Below are positions 1-11,802 of a DNA stretch of 64,000 nucleotides, piece after piece. This DNA is from Lysobacteraceae bacterium. Its GTDB lineage: Bacteria; Pseudomonadota; Gammaproteobacteria; Xanthomonadales; Xanthomonadaceae. Within the stretch, counting starts at the first letter, position 1, and every line of letters begins with the position of its first letter. Location of the stretch: positions 2,088 to 66,087 of the forward strand of contig JBAQRU010000053.1 of the NCBI GenBank assembly GCA_049296025.1. The letters are read 5' to 3'. The notes under the pieces were generated by a model that saw only the letters and a list, made by a program, of their open reading frames with translations, made no database searches and had not been told where the DNA came from. Both the position numbers and the translations under genes were made by a program.

Positions 1-1
1 G

Positions 2-235
2 CTTCTTTCCAAGATGGAAACCTTCATGCGGGGCGGCGAGATCCTGGCCGTGCATTGCCTGGCCGGTCTCGGCCGCACCGGCACCATCCTCTGCGCGTGG
101 CTGATCCGCGAAGGGCTCACCGCTGACGAGGCCCTGCGCCGACTGCGCCGGATCGATCCCGGGTTCGTCCAATCGCAGGAGCAAGAAGATCTGCTGCACG
201 AACTGGAAGCGAACCTGCTCATCCGGGCGAAATGA
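2..235 (+). CDS. Protein-tyrosine/dual-specificity phosphatase, 3' part (5' end lies off the window)
   Basis: The frame is open to the window edge. VHCLAGLGRTGT matches the HCxxGxxR(S/T) cysteine-phosphatase P-loop. Confidence 0.7.
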   Translation, partial: LLSKMETFMRGGEILAVHCLAGLGRTGTILCAWLIREGLTADEALRRLRRIDPGFVQSQEQEDLLHELEANLLIRAK

Positions 236-333
236 CTTTGCGGGCGACCACCGCACCCTGACCACACACCTCCGCCGATTCACCCGAACCTTTTCACCCG
301 ACCTTTTCACCCAACCTTATTCTGGAGCTATCC

Positions 334-744
334 ATGAGCCAACTTGACACCGCACTCCAACAAGCCATCGCCTCCGTGCCCGAATGCCTGGCCGGCGGTT
401 ACGTCGACATCGCCTCCGGCATGATGCTTTCCGTCAAGACCATCGACTCCCATCCCCGGGATGTGCTTGATCTCGTCGCCGCAGCCACATCGGATCTCTA
501 CCAGGGCCCCAACGTGACGATGATCGAGAAACTCTTCCGCCAGGCGCGCGGCCTGCCCCCCGACGACGGTGCCCACTATTTCCAGGAAATCATCGTCAAC
601 AGCGAAAATCTGATCCATGTGTTTCTGCGCGGCAAGCTGCATCCGGACTACGTGCTGGTGTTGGTTTGCCGCAAGGCGGCGAACTTGGGCATGGCGTTGA
701 CCAAGGCCCGACTGGCGCTGCCATCGATCGAAGCGGTGATCTGA
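334..744 (+). CDS. Hypothetical protein, possibly Roadblock/LC7 (MglB-like) fold
   Basis: Clean 136-aa ORF with GC-typical codon usage. The pattern ..VPECLAGGYVDIASGMMLS..D..DLVAAATSDL resembles Roadblock/LC7 domains; this is from memory only. Confidence 0.5.
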   Translation: MSQLDTALQQAIASVPECLAGGYVDIASGMMLSVKTIDSHPRDVLDLVAAATSDLYQGPNVTMIEKLFRQARGLPPDDGAHYFQEIIVNSENLIHVFLRGKLHPDYVLVLVCRKAANLGMALTKARLALPSIEAVI

Positions 745-748
745 GTCC

Positions 749-1246
749 ATGCGGCGATTGATCACCGACATCGGAGATCAAGACTTGCGTCTGCCTGCCC
801 TCGTCCTTGCCCTTGTCGCCCTCGCCTCCTGCGGCGGCGACAAACCCAATGTCGCGAAACGCATCGATACCCCGCAGGAAACGGTGACCCGCGAGGGCGA
901 CGTGACGATCCGGGCGAACGTGATCGCCACCGCGCATCTGAACGAGCGCATGGCGCGCGACTACGGCATCCCAAGCGACGGTCACAGCGCGTTGCTGATG
1001 GTGTCGGTGCGGCGCGGGCCGGATGGTTTCGACGTGTCGCTGCCGGCGACGATCACCGCCAGCGCAACCAATCTGCAGGGGCAGACCCAGCCCATCGCGA
1101 TGCGCGAGATGCGGGTCGGCGAATTGACCGACTACATCGGTACGGCGCGGATGTCGCCACCGGAGACGCTGCGCTTCGATGTGAAGATCATGCGCGAAGG
1201 CGCGGCGGCTTCGACAATGACGTTCTCGCGGGATTTCGAACCCTGA
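749..1246 (+). CDS. DUF4426-like lipoprotein
   Basis: Signal peptide with lipobox LASC. VTIRANVIATAHLNERMARDYGIPSDGHSALLMVSVRRG resembles the DUF4426 core. It starts 4 nt after the previous stop. Confidence 0.6.
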   Translation: MRRLITDIGDQDLRLPALVLALVALASCGGDKPNVAKRIDTPQETVTREGDVTIRANVIATAHLNERMARDYGIPSDGHSALLMVSVRRGPDGFDVSLPATITASATNLQGQTQPIAMREMRVGELTDYIGTARMSPPETLRFDVKIMREGAAASTMTFSRDFEP

Positions 1247-1271
1247 ATAGCGCAGCGGGCTGAAGGCTGTT

Positions 1272-2078
1272 TTACCGGTTCGCCCATGCCTGAATGATCT
1301 TCGCGATCTCGCGCACGCCGTCGGTCAGCGCAGCGGGACCCGGCTGCAGGATGATCGGCGATTTGATCTCGTGCAGTTGTCCGTCGCGCACCGCCGGAAT
1401 CGCGTCCCAGCCCGGACGCGCAGCGACTTTCCGCGGTCGGAATTTCTTGCCGCACCACGAACCGAGGATGATGTCCGGCGCGCGCCGGATCACCTCGTCC
1501 GTATCTTCGAGAATCCGCGCCTTCGCCAGCGATTCCGCCGCGCGCCCGGGAAAGATATCGTCGCCACCGGAGATCCGCACCAGCTCCGCGACCCAGCGGA
1601 TGCCGCTGATCAACGGATCGTCCCATTCCTCGAAATACACCTTCGGCCGACACGGCAGCGTCGCCGCCTGTGCGGCGATGGCGTCAAGCCCGCGCTGCAG
1701 TTCGTCGGCATAGGCATTCGCTTTCTCCACCGCACCGACCAGCGCACCGAGCCGACGGATGTAATCGAGAATGCCGTCGACGCTGCGGTGGTTGCTGATC
1801 CACACCTCCACGCCCTGCTTGATCAGCGCCGACGCGATCTCCGCCTGGATATCGGAAAACCCGATCACGAAGTCAGGCTGCAGCCTCAGGATCTCGCCGA
1901 TCTTCGCCGAGGTGAACGCACTGACCTTCGGCTTTTCCCTGCGCGCGATCGCAGGCCTGACCGTAAACCCGCTGATGCCGACGATGCGGTGCTGCTCACC
2001 GAGCGCATACAGCACTTCGGTGGGCTCTTCGGTGAGGCAGACGATGCGTTGCGGGCCGCAGACGCGCGTTGGGCTCAC
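1272..2078 (-). CDS. Periplasmic binding protein, cobalamin/siderophore-binding (BtuF-like)
   Basis: [34 protein letters not shown] is typical of class III periplasmic binding proteins. The ORF-track N-terminus overlaps pdxH, so I moved the start to the GTG at 2078, which forms a GTGA overlap with the pdxH stop. Confidence 0.75.
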   Translation of the reverse strand: MSPTRVCGPQRIVCLTEEPTEVLYALGEQHRIVGISGFTVRPAIARREKPKVSAFTSAKIGEILRLQPDFVIGFSDIQAEIASALIKQGVEVWISNHRSVDGILDYIRRLGALVGAVEKANAYADELQRGLDAIAAQAATLPCRPKVYFEEWDDPLISGIRWVAELVRISGGDDIFPGRAAESLAKARILEDTDEVIRRAPDIILGSWCGKKFRPRKVAARPGWDAIPAVRDGQLHEIKSPIILQPGPAALTDGVREIAKIIQAWANR

Positions 2079-2671
2079 GGATACAGCATCCGCTTCGTCC
2101 AAACCCCATCCGTACCGCGCTCGTAGAGATACCGCTCGTGCAGGCGGAACTGCGCGCCGTACCAGAATTCGATCGCGCGGGGCTTCACGCGGAAGCCGCC
2201 CCATCGCGGCGGGCGCGGCACGTCGCGGCCTTCGAATTCACGCTCGGCGTCATCGAAGCGCTGTTCGAAGGTTTCGCGGGTCTCCAGCGTTTCCGACTGA
2301 TGCGAGGCCCAGGCGCCGAGCTGGCTGGCGCGCGGACGCATCGCGAAATACGCCTCGGCTTCGGCGTCGTCGACGGTCTCGACCTCGCCCTCGACGCGCA
2401 CCTGCACGCCGTCATCGCCCAGCGTCTTCCAGAAGAACAACAGTGCGGCGTTCGGATTCGCCTGCAGCTCGCGGCCCTTGCGGCCGTCGAGATGGGTGTA
2501 GAACACGAAACCGCGCGCATCGTGCGCCTTGAGCAGCGCCATCCGCGCCGAGGGCAGGCCGCCGGGTGTGGCGGTGGCGACAGTCATCGCCGTGGGTTCG
2601 GCAATACCGGCCGCCTTGGCCTGCGCGAACAGCGAATCGAATGTGGCGAGGGCTTCGGCGTAAAGGGTCAT
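2075..2671 (-). CDS. pdxH: Pyridoxamine 5'-phosphate oxidase
   Basis: Diagnostic C-terminus [27 protein letters not shown]. Start set at the internal ATG (MTLYAEAL), giving about 199 aa. Confidence 0.9.
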   Translation of the reverse strand: MTLYAEALATFDSLFAQAKAAGIAEPTAMTVATATPGGLPSARMALLKAHDARGFVFYTHLDGRKGRELQANPNAALLFFWKTLGDDGVQVRVEGEVETVDDAEAEAYFAMRPRASQLGAWASHQSETLETRETFEQRFDDAEREFEGRDVPRPPRWGGFRVKPRAIEFWYGAQFRLHERYLYERGTDGVWTKRMLYP

Positions 2672-2751
2672 GGCGGTGGCTTCCTGATGCGCGGCGTTGC
2701 GCCATTGTCGCGCGATGCCACGCGGCCCGCACCTGAGCCCGATCAAAGCGC

Positions 2752-2773
2752 GGGACGCGCGGTGGCGCGTCCC
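2752..2773 (-). terminator. Perfect 9-bp GC hairpin between the dodecin gene and pdxH (weak terminator/attenuator candidate)
   Basis: GGGACGCGC-GGTG-GCGCGTCCC. Only a weak U-tract follows on the minus strand. Confidence 0.3.
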
Positions 2774-2828
2774 CGCTGTGCTGCTGGATCGACTGCTCGA
2801 TCAACTGATCGACTGATCGAGTGCAGCG

Positions 2829-3032
2829 TTACTCGACGACGAAACTTACCCGCATGTTCACCCGCCACTCGGTGACATTGCCGGCATCGTCGGTGACGAC
2901 CTTGGTTTCGTTGACCCAGGCCCCCTTGATGTTCTTGACCGACTCGGCGCACTTCTTCAGACCGCTGCGGACGGCGTCTTCGACACTGGTGTTCGAGGCG
3001 GCATTGATTTCGATGACCTTGGCGATGGACAT
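2829..3032 (-). CDS. Dodecin-family flavin-binding protein
   Basis: 67 aa. [30 protein letters not shown]...[10 protein letters not shown] matches the dodecin pattern. Confidence 0.8.
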   Translation of the reverse strand: MSIAKVIEINAASNTSVEDAVRSGLKKCAESVKNIKGAWVNETKVVTDDAGNVTEWRVNMRVSFVVE

Positions 3033-3104
3033 GGGTTGAACTCCTCGACTGGGCCGGCAGCATGCCGGAACAGCAGGTTACGCCCCGGCTGTTAAAATCA
3101 CGGA

Positions 3105-3665
3105 ATGAACCCCGCGTCCCACCTTGTCCTGATCGGCCCGATGGGCGCCGGCAAGTCCTCGCTCGGGCGCCGACTCGCGCAAGCCCGGGGGCTGGCTTTC
3201 GTCGATCTGGACCGCGAGATCGAAGCCCGCGCCGGCACCGATATCCCGACCATCTTCGCCTGCGAAAGCGAAGCCGGGTTCCGGCGCCGCGAACGCGAAG
3301 CGCTTGCGGATGTGCTCGCGCGCAAAGGCTGCGTGATCGCCAGCGGCGGCGGTGCGGTGCTCGACCCCGACAACCGTGCGTTGATGTGCCGGCGGGCTTT
3401 CGTGGTATCGCTGCAGATCGATGTCGACGAACAGCTGGCGCGGCTGGCCAACGACCGCAGCCGGCCGTTGCTGGCGGGTCCGGATCGAGCCGAGGTGTTG
3501 ACCCGGCTCGCGGCCGAACGCGCGCCGCTGTATGCCGAAATCGCCGACCTGGAGTTTTCTCCCACTGGTCTGACACCCGGCGACGCCGCAGAGCATCTGG
3601 CCGGCCTGCTCGAAATCCGCTGGCAACGCCCCGACGCTCCTGTCGCCGCACCGGAATCGCCATGA
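3105..3665 (+). CDS. aroK: Shikimate kinase
   Basis: Walker [18 protein letters not shown]. The size and the ATGA overlap with aroB fit. Confidence 0.9.
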   Translation: MNPASHLVLIGPMGAGKSSLGRRLAQARGLAFVDLDREIEARAGTDIPTIFACESEAGFRRREREALADVLARKGCVIASGGGAVLDPDNRALMCRRAFVVSLQIDVDEQLARLANDRSRPLLAGPDRAEVLTRLAAERAPLYAEIADLEFSPTGLTPGDAAEHLAGLLEIRWQRPDAPVAAPESP

Positions 3666-4780
3666 CGCACTCCGCACTCCGCCTCGTCCACATCGGTGGC
3701 GCCCACCCGTACACCATTTCGATCGGCGACGGCCTGCTCGACGACGGCATCGCGCTGACCTCGCGAATCCGCGGTCGCCACGTCCTGATCGTCAGCGACG
3801 AACACGTCTCCCCGCTCTATGCGCGCCGGATCGAAGCCGCCCTGCACAACGTCCGACCCGATCTGCGCCTGAACCGGTTCGTGATGCCTGCCGGCGAGCA
3901 GGCCAAAACCATGGCCCATTTCAGCCAGGTCATCGATGCGCTGGCGACGTTGGGCGCGACCCGCGATGCCTGCGTGCTGGCGCTCGGTGGCGGCGTGGTC
4001 GGAGACCTTGCGGGGTTCGCTGCCGCCTGCTGGATGCGCGGTATCGATTGCCTGCAACTGCCGACCACGCTGCTGGCGATGGTCGATTCGTCCGTCGGCG
4101 GCAAGACCGCCGTGGATCTGCCGCAGGGCAAGAATCTGGTGGGCGCCTTCCATCCGCCCCGTGGCGTTTTCGCCGACACTGCCGCACTCGACACGCTGCC
4201 CGACCGGGAGTTGCGCGCCGGGCTGGCCGAAGTCATCAAGTATGGCGCGATCGTCGACGCGCCTTTTCTCGATTGGCTCGAAGCCAATACCATCCCGCTG
4301 TTGGCGCGCGAGCGCGAGCCACTGATCGAAGCGATCGCACGCAGTTGCCAGCACAAGGCCACGATCGTCGAGCACGATCCCTTCGAGCACGGCGAACGCG
4401 CGCTGCTGAATTTCGGCCACACTTTCGGCCACGCGATCGAGGCCGAACAGGGCTACGCCGGCCACGGCCTCGACAACGAGGCGCTCAACCACGGCGAAGC
4501 GGTCGCGGTCGGCATGGTGATGGCGGCGCGGCTGTCCGCGCAATTGGGCATGGCCCCGGCTGCCGATGCCGAGCGCCTGCGCATGCTGCTGGCCGGATTT
4601 GGCCTGCCGATCGCACTGCCAGAGGGACTGGAACCGGATCGTCTGCTGCAGCGGATGCGTCTGGACAAGAAAGCAAGCGCCAGCGGCCTGCGCTTCGTGC
4701 TCTGGGAGGCACCGGGCACCGCACGGATCGTCTCCGATGTGCCCGAGGCCGCCGTGCTGGAAACGCTGCTGGGAAGCTGA
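3662..4780 (+). CDS. aroB: 3-dehydroquinate synthase
   Basis: [44 protein letters not shown] motifs. Start set at ATG 3662 inside the longer track ORF. Confidence 0.9.
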   Translation: MTHSALRLVHIGGAHPYTISIGDGLLDDGIALTSRIRGRHVLIVSDEHVSPLYARRIEAALHNVRPDLRLNRFVMPAGEQAKTMAHFSQVIDALATLGATRDACVLALGGGVVGDLAGFAAACWMRGIDCLQLPTTLLAMVDSSVGGKTAVDLPQGKNLVGAFHPPRGVFADTAALDTLPDRELRAGLAEVIKYGAIVDAPFLDWLEANTIPLLAREREPLIEAIARSCQHKATIVEHDPFEHGERALLNFGHTFGHAIEAEQGYAGHGLDNEALNHGEAVAVGMVMAARLSAQLGMAPAADAERLRMLLAGFGLPIALPEGLEPDRLLQRMRLDKKASASGLRFVLWEAPGTARIVSDVPEAAVLETLLGS

Positions 4781-4841
4781 AGTCCCGTCGGTCTACAGCC
4801 CCGGCGGCGCGGACGGCAGCATCACCGCTTACAATCCACCC

Positions 4842-5096
4842 ATGCGCCTCTTCCTGCAACAACGCCCTGATGGACGCGAAGCCCCGCGCTTCGTGCAGTT
4901 GCAGTTGGAAGCCGATCTGATCGGCGGCTGGACGCTCACCCGCGAATCGGGCCAGATCGGCGGCCGCAGCACGCTCAAGCGCGAGCAGTATCTCGACCAG
5001 ACTTCCGCGCTGACCGCCCTTGAGCGTGCCCGCGACCAGACGTTGAAGAAAGGATTCCAGTTGATGTTCGCGCAAGGCGTCGACGCGCCGAACTGA
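4842..5096 (+). CDS. WGR domain-containing small protein
   Basis: MRLFLQQR....[26 protein letters not shown] fits the stand-alone WGR pattern (RFY.L.L..DLFG.W.L.R.WGRIG). Start set at ATG 4842. Confidence 0.65.
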   Translation: MRLFLQQRPDGREAPRFVQLQLEADLIGGWTLTRESGQIGGRSTLKREQYLDQTSALTALERARDQTLKKGFQLMFAQGVDAPN

Positions 5097-5158
5097 ACCT
5101 CCTTTTCCGCGTTCCTCCAACCCGCTTTTCTCCAGCCGCTTCCATTCAGGATCTCCGC

Positions 5159-6238
<1,080 letters not shown>

Positions 6239-9200
6239 TCAGTTCGTTTCGATGCGCTCCGCGAGTCGATCGTGCAGCGCATCGCCCAGCGCATCTCCCG
6301 TCAGCGGCTTGCGCAGGAACGCATCGAAGCCTGCCTCTTTCGCATCCGACTCCGCACCGCTGTCCGCACGTGCGCTGATCGCGATCATCGGTGTTGTCCA
6401 GCCCTGCGCGCGCAGATGACGCGCAAGCGCGAGGCCATCCATCCCCGGCAGATCCAGATCGAACAAGGCGATATCGAAGCTGCCTGTGGCGATTTCGGTC
6501 AATGCCGCCAGCGCATGCCCGGCGTGCGTCACCCGATGCCCCTGCGCCTGCAACATGCCGACAAGCACGTCCGCGACGATGGCATCGTCCTCGACCAGGA
6601 GCACATCGCGGGGTGTCCGCACATCACCTTCCTGGTACCGGAAATGCACGGGCGCACTCGCGGCTGTTGCACGCTCCAACGGCAACCTCACCGTGAAGCG
6701 AGTCCCTTCTCCCGGCGCGCTGTGCAGTTCGATGCCACCGCCCATCGCCAACGCCAATTCCTCGCAGATCGCAAGCCCGAGCCCACTGCCGCCATACCGA
6801 CTCGCGGTGCGCGCGCCTTCCGCCTGCTCGAAACGGCGGAACAAGCGCTGCTGCTGCTCTGTATCCAGACCGGGACCGGTATCGCTTACGACAAATTGCA
6901 GTCCGTGCGGCATCGCCGCTTCGATCGACAATGCGACCTCGCCGCGCTCGGTGAACTTCACGGCGTTGCCGAGAAGATTGAGCAGAATCTGCCGGATCCG
7001 GGTCGGATCGCCGTGCCAACCGCCTCCAGCATCCGGCGCGATGTCGACACGAAGCGCCAAGCCCTTACGATCGGCCAGGGAACGCATCAACGCCGCCACT
7101 TCTTCCACCACTGCATCGAGATTGAAATCGACGACCTCAAGCTCAAGGCGTCCCGCTTCGATACGCGCGAGATCCAGCGCATCGTTCACGAGTCGCAACA
7201 AATGTTCGCCAGCCCGGCGAATCGAATGCACCTGCCCCTGCTGATTGGTATCGAGCGATGTCGATAACAACAGTTCGCTCATGCCGAGTACGCCGGTCAT
7301 CGGTGTACGCACCTCGTGACCGAGATTCGCGAGAAAACGACTTTTCGCCTGCGATGCCTGCTCCGCGATTTCGCGCTTCTGCGCGATCATCTGGTACTCA
7401 TGGCGCCGTTTGAGTCGAAGACGATAGAGATAAGCCGCCCACCAGAAAAGCATCGCAAGCGCAATGGCATAGCAGACCAGCGCCCACCACCGCTGCCACC
7501 AGGGCGCCTGCACCAATATCTCGACCCGCCGAATCGGGGACCAGACGCCGTCGGCATTCGCCCCCTGGACCTCAAGGACATAGTACCCAGGCGACAGTGC
7601 GGAGAATATACGTTCTCCACGGCTGCCTTGATCCACCCAGTCGGGATCATAGCCACTCAATCTGAACCGGTAGCGATAAGCCGCAGGATCGGCGAACGAC
7701 ATGATCCTTGCGACAATCCTGAGATCGCGGTCATCCGGCTGCATGACTGCGTGAAGATCCGCATTGCCGTGTCGCGAAAAAGCGACAGTGTCTTCTCCTC
7801 GCCGCAACTCGATCGTCTCGATCCCCAACGCGGACGCACGCGGCGCCGGCAACGGCTGGTCCGGGTCAAACATGACGATACCTTCTTTGGAAACAGCGAT
7901 CGCCGGGCCATCAGCCCTTCTTTTCAACACATCGACGGTGAAATCAAGGCCCGGCAAGCCATCCCGCAAACCGAACAAACGCGCGCGCCGCTGATGGGAA
8001 TCGTAGTGAACCAGGCCTCGAACAGTATTCAGCCAGATATTTCCAGTGGAAGTCACAAGCACACTCCTTGTTTCCACGGCAGGCAGTCCTTCCTGCGCCG
8101 TCACGCGCTCGCGCAAGCGAAGCGCGACCCCATCCCACTCGTAGCGCTCAAGACTACCGAAGCGCGCCACCCACAACTGATCTGCAGACGCGAAATCGAG
8201 GCCGTAAACATATTCGCCTGCAGGCAGTGGGGCACGAACGAATCGAGCACCATCCCAGCGCCTCAAATCCTTACCATCGCTGTACCACGGCGACCCATCT
8301 GGTGAAAATCTCAAGTCTATGAAAGCCTCCGTTTCTGCACCCAAAGTCTCTTCTGGCGAAAAATCTTTAATCAGCCTGCCTTTTTTTGAATATACAGACA
8401 TACCACCGCCAAAAAATGAAATCCAAATGTCGCCATTAAAATTGCACGCCAAAGCCTCCATTCTATGCAGCGCCTTATCTCTGTACTTTATTATTTTATC
8501 TACCTTTAGATTCCTCACACCTGAAACAAAAATCCCATCAGATCCTGCAATTAAAAAACTCCCATCTTCACAAATTTTTACGGACTTAGGATTTTCTGTC
8601 ACTATTCCGTACCTTACCTCACTTTTGAAATTTCTTTCAGTAGACAAACCAGTCTCATAGAAGCCATCGGAAGTTAGCACCCACAAGAAACCTTCGCCAT
8701 CCACTTCCCCACTAATAATATTACCTCCGCTCGAAAATCCAACCTTTTCGAGGAAAAAAAATCGACCGTCTTCTGGAGGAATATAAAGCAAACCCTCAGA
8801 GTTGCTGCCCAGCCATATTCCCGCCTCATCATCTTCAACAACACTATTAACACCACTCACTACGCCAAATCCGTCGTCGGCTCGTCTCCATCGGGTTGGA
8901 ATTGCCATTCTTCTGTACAATCCGTAGTAGGTGCCTATCCAATAGCTATCATCATTAGCATGCAGAACTACAGCACGTCGAGATAATTTTGGCGACCTCC
9001 ACGGAGGATTTCGAATCTCCCCATTTTGCCCAATCATGAATAAGCCATTTTCTGCGCCCACCCAAACCATGCCATTTTTATCAAGAGATAACGCAAATAC
9101 TGCGCCACCCTTGGTTTTTTCCTTATGCATTGCGACTGGACGAGAATTTAGAGCGCTCGGCTCGACTCGCCACAAACCCGTATCGGCGCCTATTAACAAA

Positions 9201-9805
9201 GTGCCTGACGTAAGCACCCTAATCGCCACAGGAACAGAGCCACCCAAATAAGAGTCTTGACCTAGCACCCCATTAAGCCTTGAAACAGCACCATCCGCTT
9301 CGATTCGGCATATGTCTCCCACATAGTTTCCAATCCAAAGAACACCTTCCTGGGTTGACGTCATCGCAGTGATATCGATACCGCATCGAGCAGCATCACC
9401 GCGAAACTGGATTGTTTTGGGAACTCGATGATCAGCGTCAAGGACGCTCAACGCGAACCACGTCGCCGCCCATACACGGTCCGCAGAATCCACATGGACC
9501 AAAGTCACTTCGTTGTCAGGCAAAGACGCTGGATCCCCTACGACACGGCGCCAGTAGCGGAAATTCGTCCCGTCGTAGCGGGCCAGGCCATCGCCTGTTG
9601 CCACCCAGATGTATCCTTGGCGATCGATTGCCAAGTCGTTGATCGTCGACGACAAGCCTTGTTCGACGCCGAACCGGATGAAGCGCGGCTCCCGTTGATC
9701 CGCCCCGGAGACTGGCGCTGCGGCCATGACTTGACCCGCGAACACCAGCACCACCGCGCATACCAGCGCAGCGATCGCAATCCTGCGCCAAGCTCCCTTC
9801 AGCAT
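6239..9805 (-). CDS. Hybrid sensor histidine kinase/response regulator with periplasmic beta-propeller and Y_Y_Y-type sensor
   Basis: Signal/TM segment, long propeller-like repeats, TM helix WWALVCYAIALAMLFWWAAYLY, H-box LANLGHEVRTPMTG, ATPase G-box GSGLGLAI, and receiver LLVEDD..DLDLPGMDG..LRKP. Start set at ATG 9805, preceded by AGGAGG. Confidence 0.85.
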   Translation of the reverse strand: MLKGAWRRIAIAALVCAVVLVFAGQVMAAAPVSGADQREPRFIRFGVEQGLSSTINDLAIDRQGYIWVATGDGLARYDGTNFRYWRRVVGDPASLPDNEVTLVHVDSADRVWAATWFALSVLDADHRVPKTIQFRGDAARCGIDITAMTSTQEGVLWIGNYVGDICRIEADGAVSRLNGVLGQDSYLGGSVPVAIRVLTSGTLLIGADTGLWRVEPSALNSRPVAMHKEKTKGGAVFALSLDKNGMVWVGAENGLFMIGQNGEIRNPPWRSPKLSRRAVVLHANDDSYWIGTYYGLYRRMAIPTRWRRADDGFGVVSGVNSVVEDDEAGIWLGSNSEGLLYIPPEDGRFFFLEKVGFSSGGNIISGEVDGEGFLWVLTSDGFYETGLSTERNFKSEVRYGIVTENPKSVKICEDGSFLIAGSDGIFVSGVRNLKVDKIIKYRDKALHRMEALACNFNGDIWISFFGGGMSVYSKKGRLIKDFSPEETLGAETEAFIDLRFSPDGSPWYSDGKDLRRWDGARFVRAPLPAGEYVYGLDFASADQLWVARFGSLERYEWDGVALRLRERVTAQEGLPAVETRSVLVTSTGNIWLNTVRGLVHYDSHQRRARLFGLRDGLPGLDFTVDVLKRRADGPAIAVSKEGIVMFDPDQPLPAPRASALGIETIELRRGEDTVAFSRHGNADLHAVMQPDDRDLRIVARIMSFADPAAYRYRFRLSGYDPDWVDQGSRGERIFSALSPGYYVLEVQGANADGVWSPIRRVEILVQAPWWQRWWALVCYAIALAMLFWWAAYLYRLRLKRRHEYQMIAQKREIAEQASQAKSRFLANLGHEVRTPMTGVLGMSELLLSTSLDTNQQGQVHSIRRAGEHLLRLVNDALDLARIEAGRLELEVVDFNLDAVVEEVAALMRSLADRKGLALRVDIAPDAGGGWHGDPTRIRQILLNLLGNAVKFTERGEVALSIEAAMPHGLQFVVSDTGPGLDTEQQQRLFRRFEQAEGARTASRYGGSGLGLAICEELALAMGGGIELHSAPGEGTRFTVRLPLERATAASAPVHFRYQEGDVRTPRDVLLVEDDAIVADVLVGMLQAQGHRVTHAGHALAALTEIATGSFDIALFDLDLPGMDGLALARHLRAQGWTTPMIAISARADSGAESDAKEAGFDAFLRKPLTGDALGDALHDRLAERIETN

Positions 9806-9921
9806 TCTTCCTCCTTGAGCCCTGCGACACGCATCGCCGTGCAATGCTTTATTGCATTTTAGGACAGGCATATCCTGCGTCATCCGCCTAGAATCGGGCA
9901 ATCCTAACGCAGGGCCATTTC

Positions 9922-10617
9922 ATGCTGTTCGCCTGTCGCCACCTTTTCGCGATCGTCACTGGCCTCTGCCTGTTCAGTGGCAAGGCCATCGCCGCAGACC
10001 CCGTTCGCTACAACCTCGACCCCGTACATACCCGGGTGATGTTCGCGATCGACCATGCCGGGTTTTCGAAAGCGATTGGTACCGTATCCGGCAGCACCGG
10101 CAGCCTGATCTTCGACCCGGAACATTGGGACGATGCGACGCTACAGGCCGCCGTGCCGCTGGCTCGCATCGATCTCGGCGATGCCGGGTGGAACAAAGCG
10201 GCGTTGGCGCGAAATCTTCTGGATGCTGCCGCCTACCCGACAGCCAGGTTCGTATCGACCCGCGTCGAGCCCGTCTCACCCGATCGCGCTTCCGTCTATG
10301 GCAGACTCACGCTGCATGGGGTCTCGCACGAGATCAGACTGGACGTGAAGCTCAACGCCATCAAACGCCATCCGCTGCCGCCGTTCCGGCGGACGATCGG
10401 GTTCTCGGCCACGACCACCCTCAGCCGCAAAGCTTTCGGAATCGACGCCTGGCCGAGCCTGATCGGCGATGCGGTTGAACTGCGGATCGAGGCCGAAGCG
10501 ACTCGAAGCCGGGCCGATGGCGAACCCGACGCAACCGATGTCCCGGATGACGACTCTATTCCCATGGACATTCCCTCCACCGAAGCAGCACCCAAGACAA
10601 TGGAAGCCTCATCATGA
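9922..10617 (+). CDS. YceI-family periplasmic protein
   Basis: Signal peptide. YNLDPVHTRVMFAIDH.GFS...G.....G.L.FD and YGRLTLHGVSHEI match YceI. Confidence 0.85.
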   Translation: MLFACRHLFAIVTGLCLFSGKAIAADPVRYNLDPVHTRVMFAIDHAGFSKAIGTVSGSTGSLIFDPEHWDDATLQAAVPLARIDLGDAGWNKAALARNLLDAAAYPTARFVSTRVEPVSPDRASVYGRLTLHGVSHEIRLDVKLNAIKRHPLPPFRRTIGFSATTTLSRKAFGIDAWPSLIGDAVELRIEAEATRSRADGEPDATDVPDDDSIPMDIPSTEAAPKTMEASS

Positions 10618-11219
10618 CCTTGAAAAACACCATCGACCGCTGGGGCGGCATCAGCCAACTGCTGCATTGGGCCGTCGCAGTTCTCATCCTTGTCATGGCC
10701 TATATTGGTCTGACGATGGGCGATCTGCCCAACGGGCCCGATAAAATCAAGACCTATGCGTTGCACAAATCGATCGGCATCACGATTCTCGCGCTGGTCG
10801 CGCTGCGCGTGTTGTGGCGTGTGTACGCAGGCACGCCACGCCCGATTCCCGGCTCGCCGCGCCGGCAGGAGCGCATCGCTGCGCTGACCCACGCTGCCAT
10901 CTACGCGTTGCTCTTCGCCATTCCGATCAGCGGCTGGGTGTTGAACTCGGCGGCAGGTTTCCCGCTGCAGTGGTTCGGTCTGATCAACCTGCCACATATC
11001 GTCGGCGAGAGCCACGAGCTGCACGAACTGGCGGAGGAAGCGCACGAAATCATGTTCTGGGTTCTCGCACTGCTGGTCGTGGCGCATGCCGGCGCAGCGT
11101 TTTACCACCATCTCTTCCAGCGCGACGCAACGCTCGCGCGCATGTTGCCAAAAGGCTGGGTGCGTACCGACGATGCGACCATCACCCACCGCACACAGGA
11201 TTCCGACCATGTCGCGTAA
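10614..11219 (+). CDS. Cytochrome b561 family protein
   Basis: LHWAVAVLIL...ALHKSIGITILALVALRVLWR and a second His pair (HEIMFWVL..VAHAGAAFYHH). ATGA overlap with the upstream yceI-like gene. Confidence 0.85.
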   Translation: MTLKNTIDRWGGISQLLHWAVAVLILVMAYIGLTMGDLPNGPDKIKTYALHKSIGITILALVALRVLWRVYAGTPRPIPGSPRRQERIAALTHAAIYALLFAIPISGWVLNSAAGFPLQWFGLINLPHIVGESHELHELAEEAHEIMFWVLALLVVAHAGAAFYHHLFQRDATLARMLPKGWVRTDDATITHRTQDSDHVA

Positions 11220-11775
11220 ATTCGCACGTACGCTTTTGAACGCCACGCTCACCATAGGCCTGCTGCTCAGCGGCCCCAGCTTCGCCGCCGATTACGCCCA
11301 GGCCGCCGGTTCAATCCTCGGTTTCTCCGGCAAGTATCAGGGCGAAGCGTTCAACGGCCAGTTTCCCGGATTCGCCGCCACGCTTTCGTTCGATCCTGCA
11401 AAGCTGACGGGCGCGAAACTCGATGTGACCATCCCACTGGCCACCGCGACCACGCGCAACGCCGATTACGACAGCGAACTGCGAGGCGTTTCGTTTTTCA
11501 ACAGCAAGAAATTTCCGCAGGCGCATTACACCGCGACGAAGTTCCGCGTCCTTGGCGTCAACAAATATGCCGCCGACGGCATGCTGAGCCTGCGCGGCGT
11601 GAGCAAGCCGGTGACGTTGACGTTCACCTGGACCGCAGGCGCGAAACCGGTGCTTGTAGGCACCGCAGTCATCAAACGCCTTGATTTCGGCGTTGGAAGC
11701 GGCGATTGGGCAGATGTCGGTGTGATCCCGAACGACATCAAGGTCACCACCAAGGTGGTCTTCCAACCGAAGTAG
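11209..11775 (+). CDS. YceI-family periplasmic protein (second copy)
   Basis: Signal peptide MSRKFARTLLNATLTIGLLLSGPSFA. LSLRGVSKPVTLTFTW is YceI-like. Start set at ATG 11209. Confidence 0.85.
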   Translation: MSRKFARTLLNATLTIGLLLSGPSFAADYAQAAGSILGFSGKYQGEAFNGQFPGFAATLSFDPAKLTGAKLDVTIPLATATTRNADYDSELRGVSFFNSKKFPQAHYTATKFRVLGVNKYAADGMLSLRGVSKPVTLTFTWTAGAKPVLVGTAVIKRLDFGVGSGDWADVGVIPNDIKVTTKVVFQPK

Positions 11776-11802
11776 GCGCGAACTTGAGGCAGCGCCCGCC
11801 GT

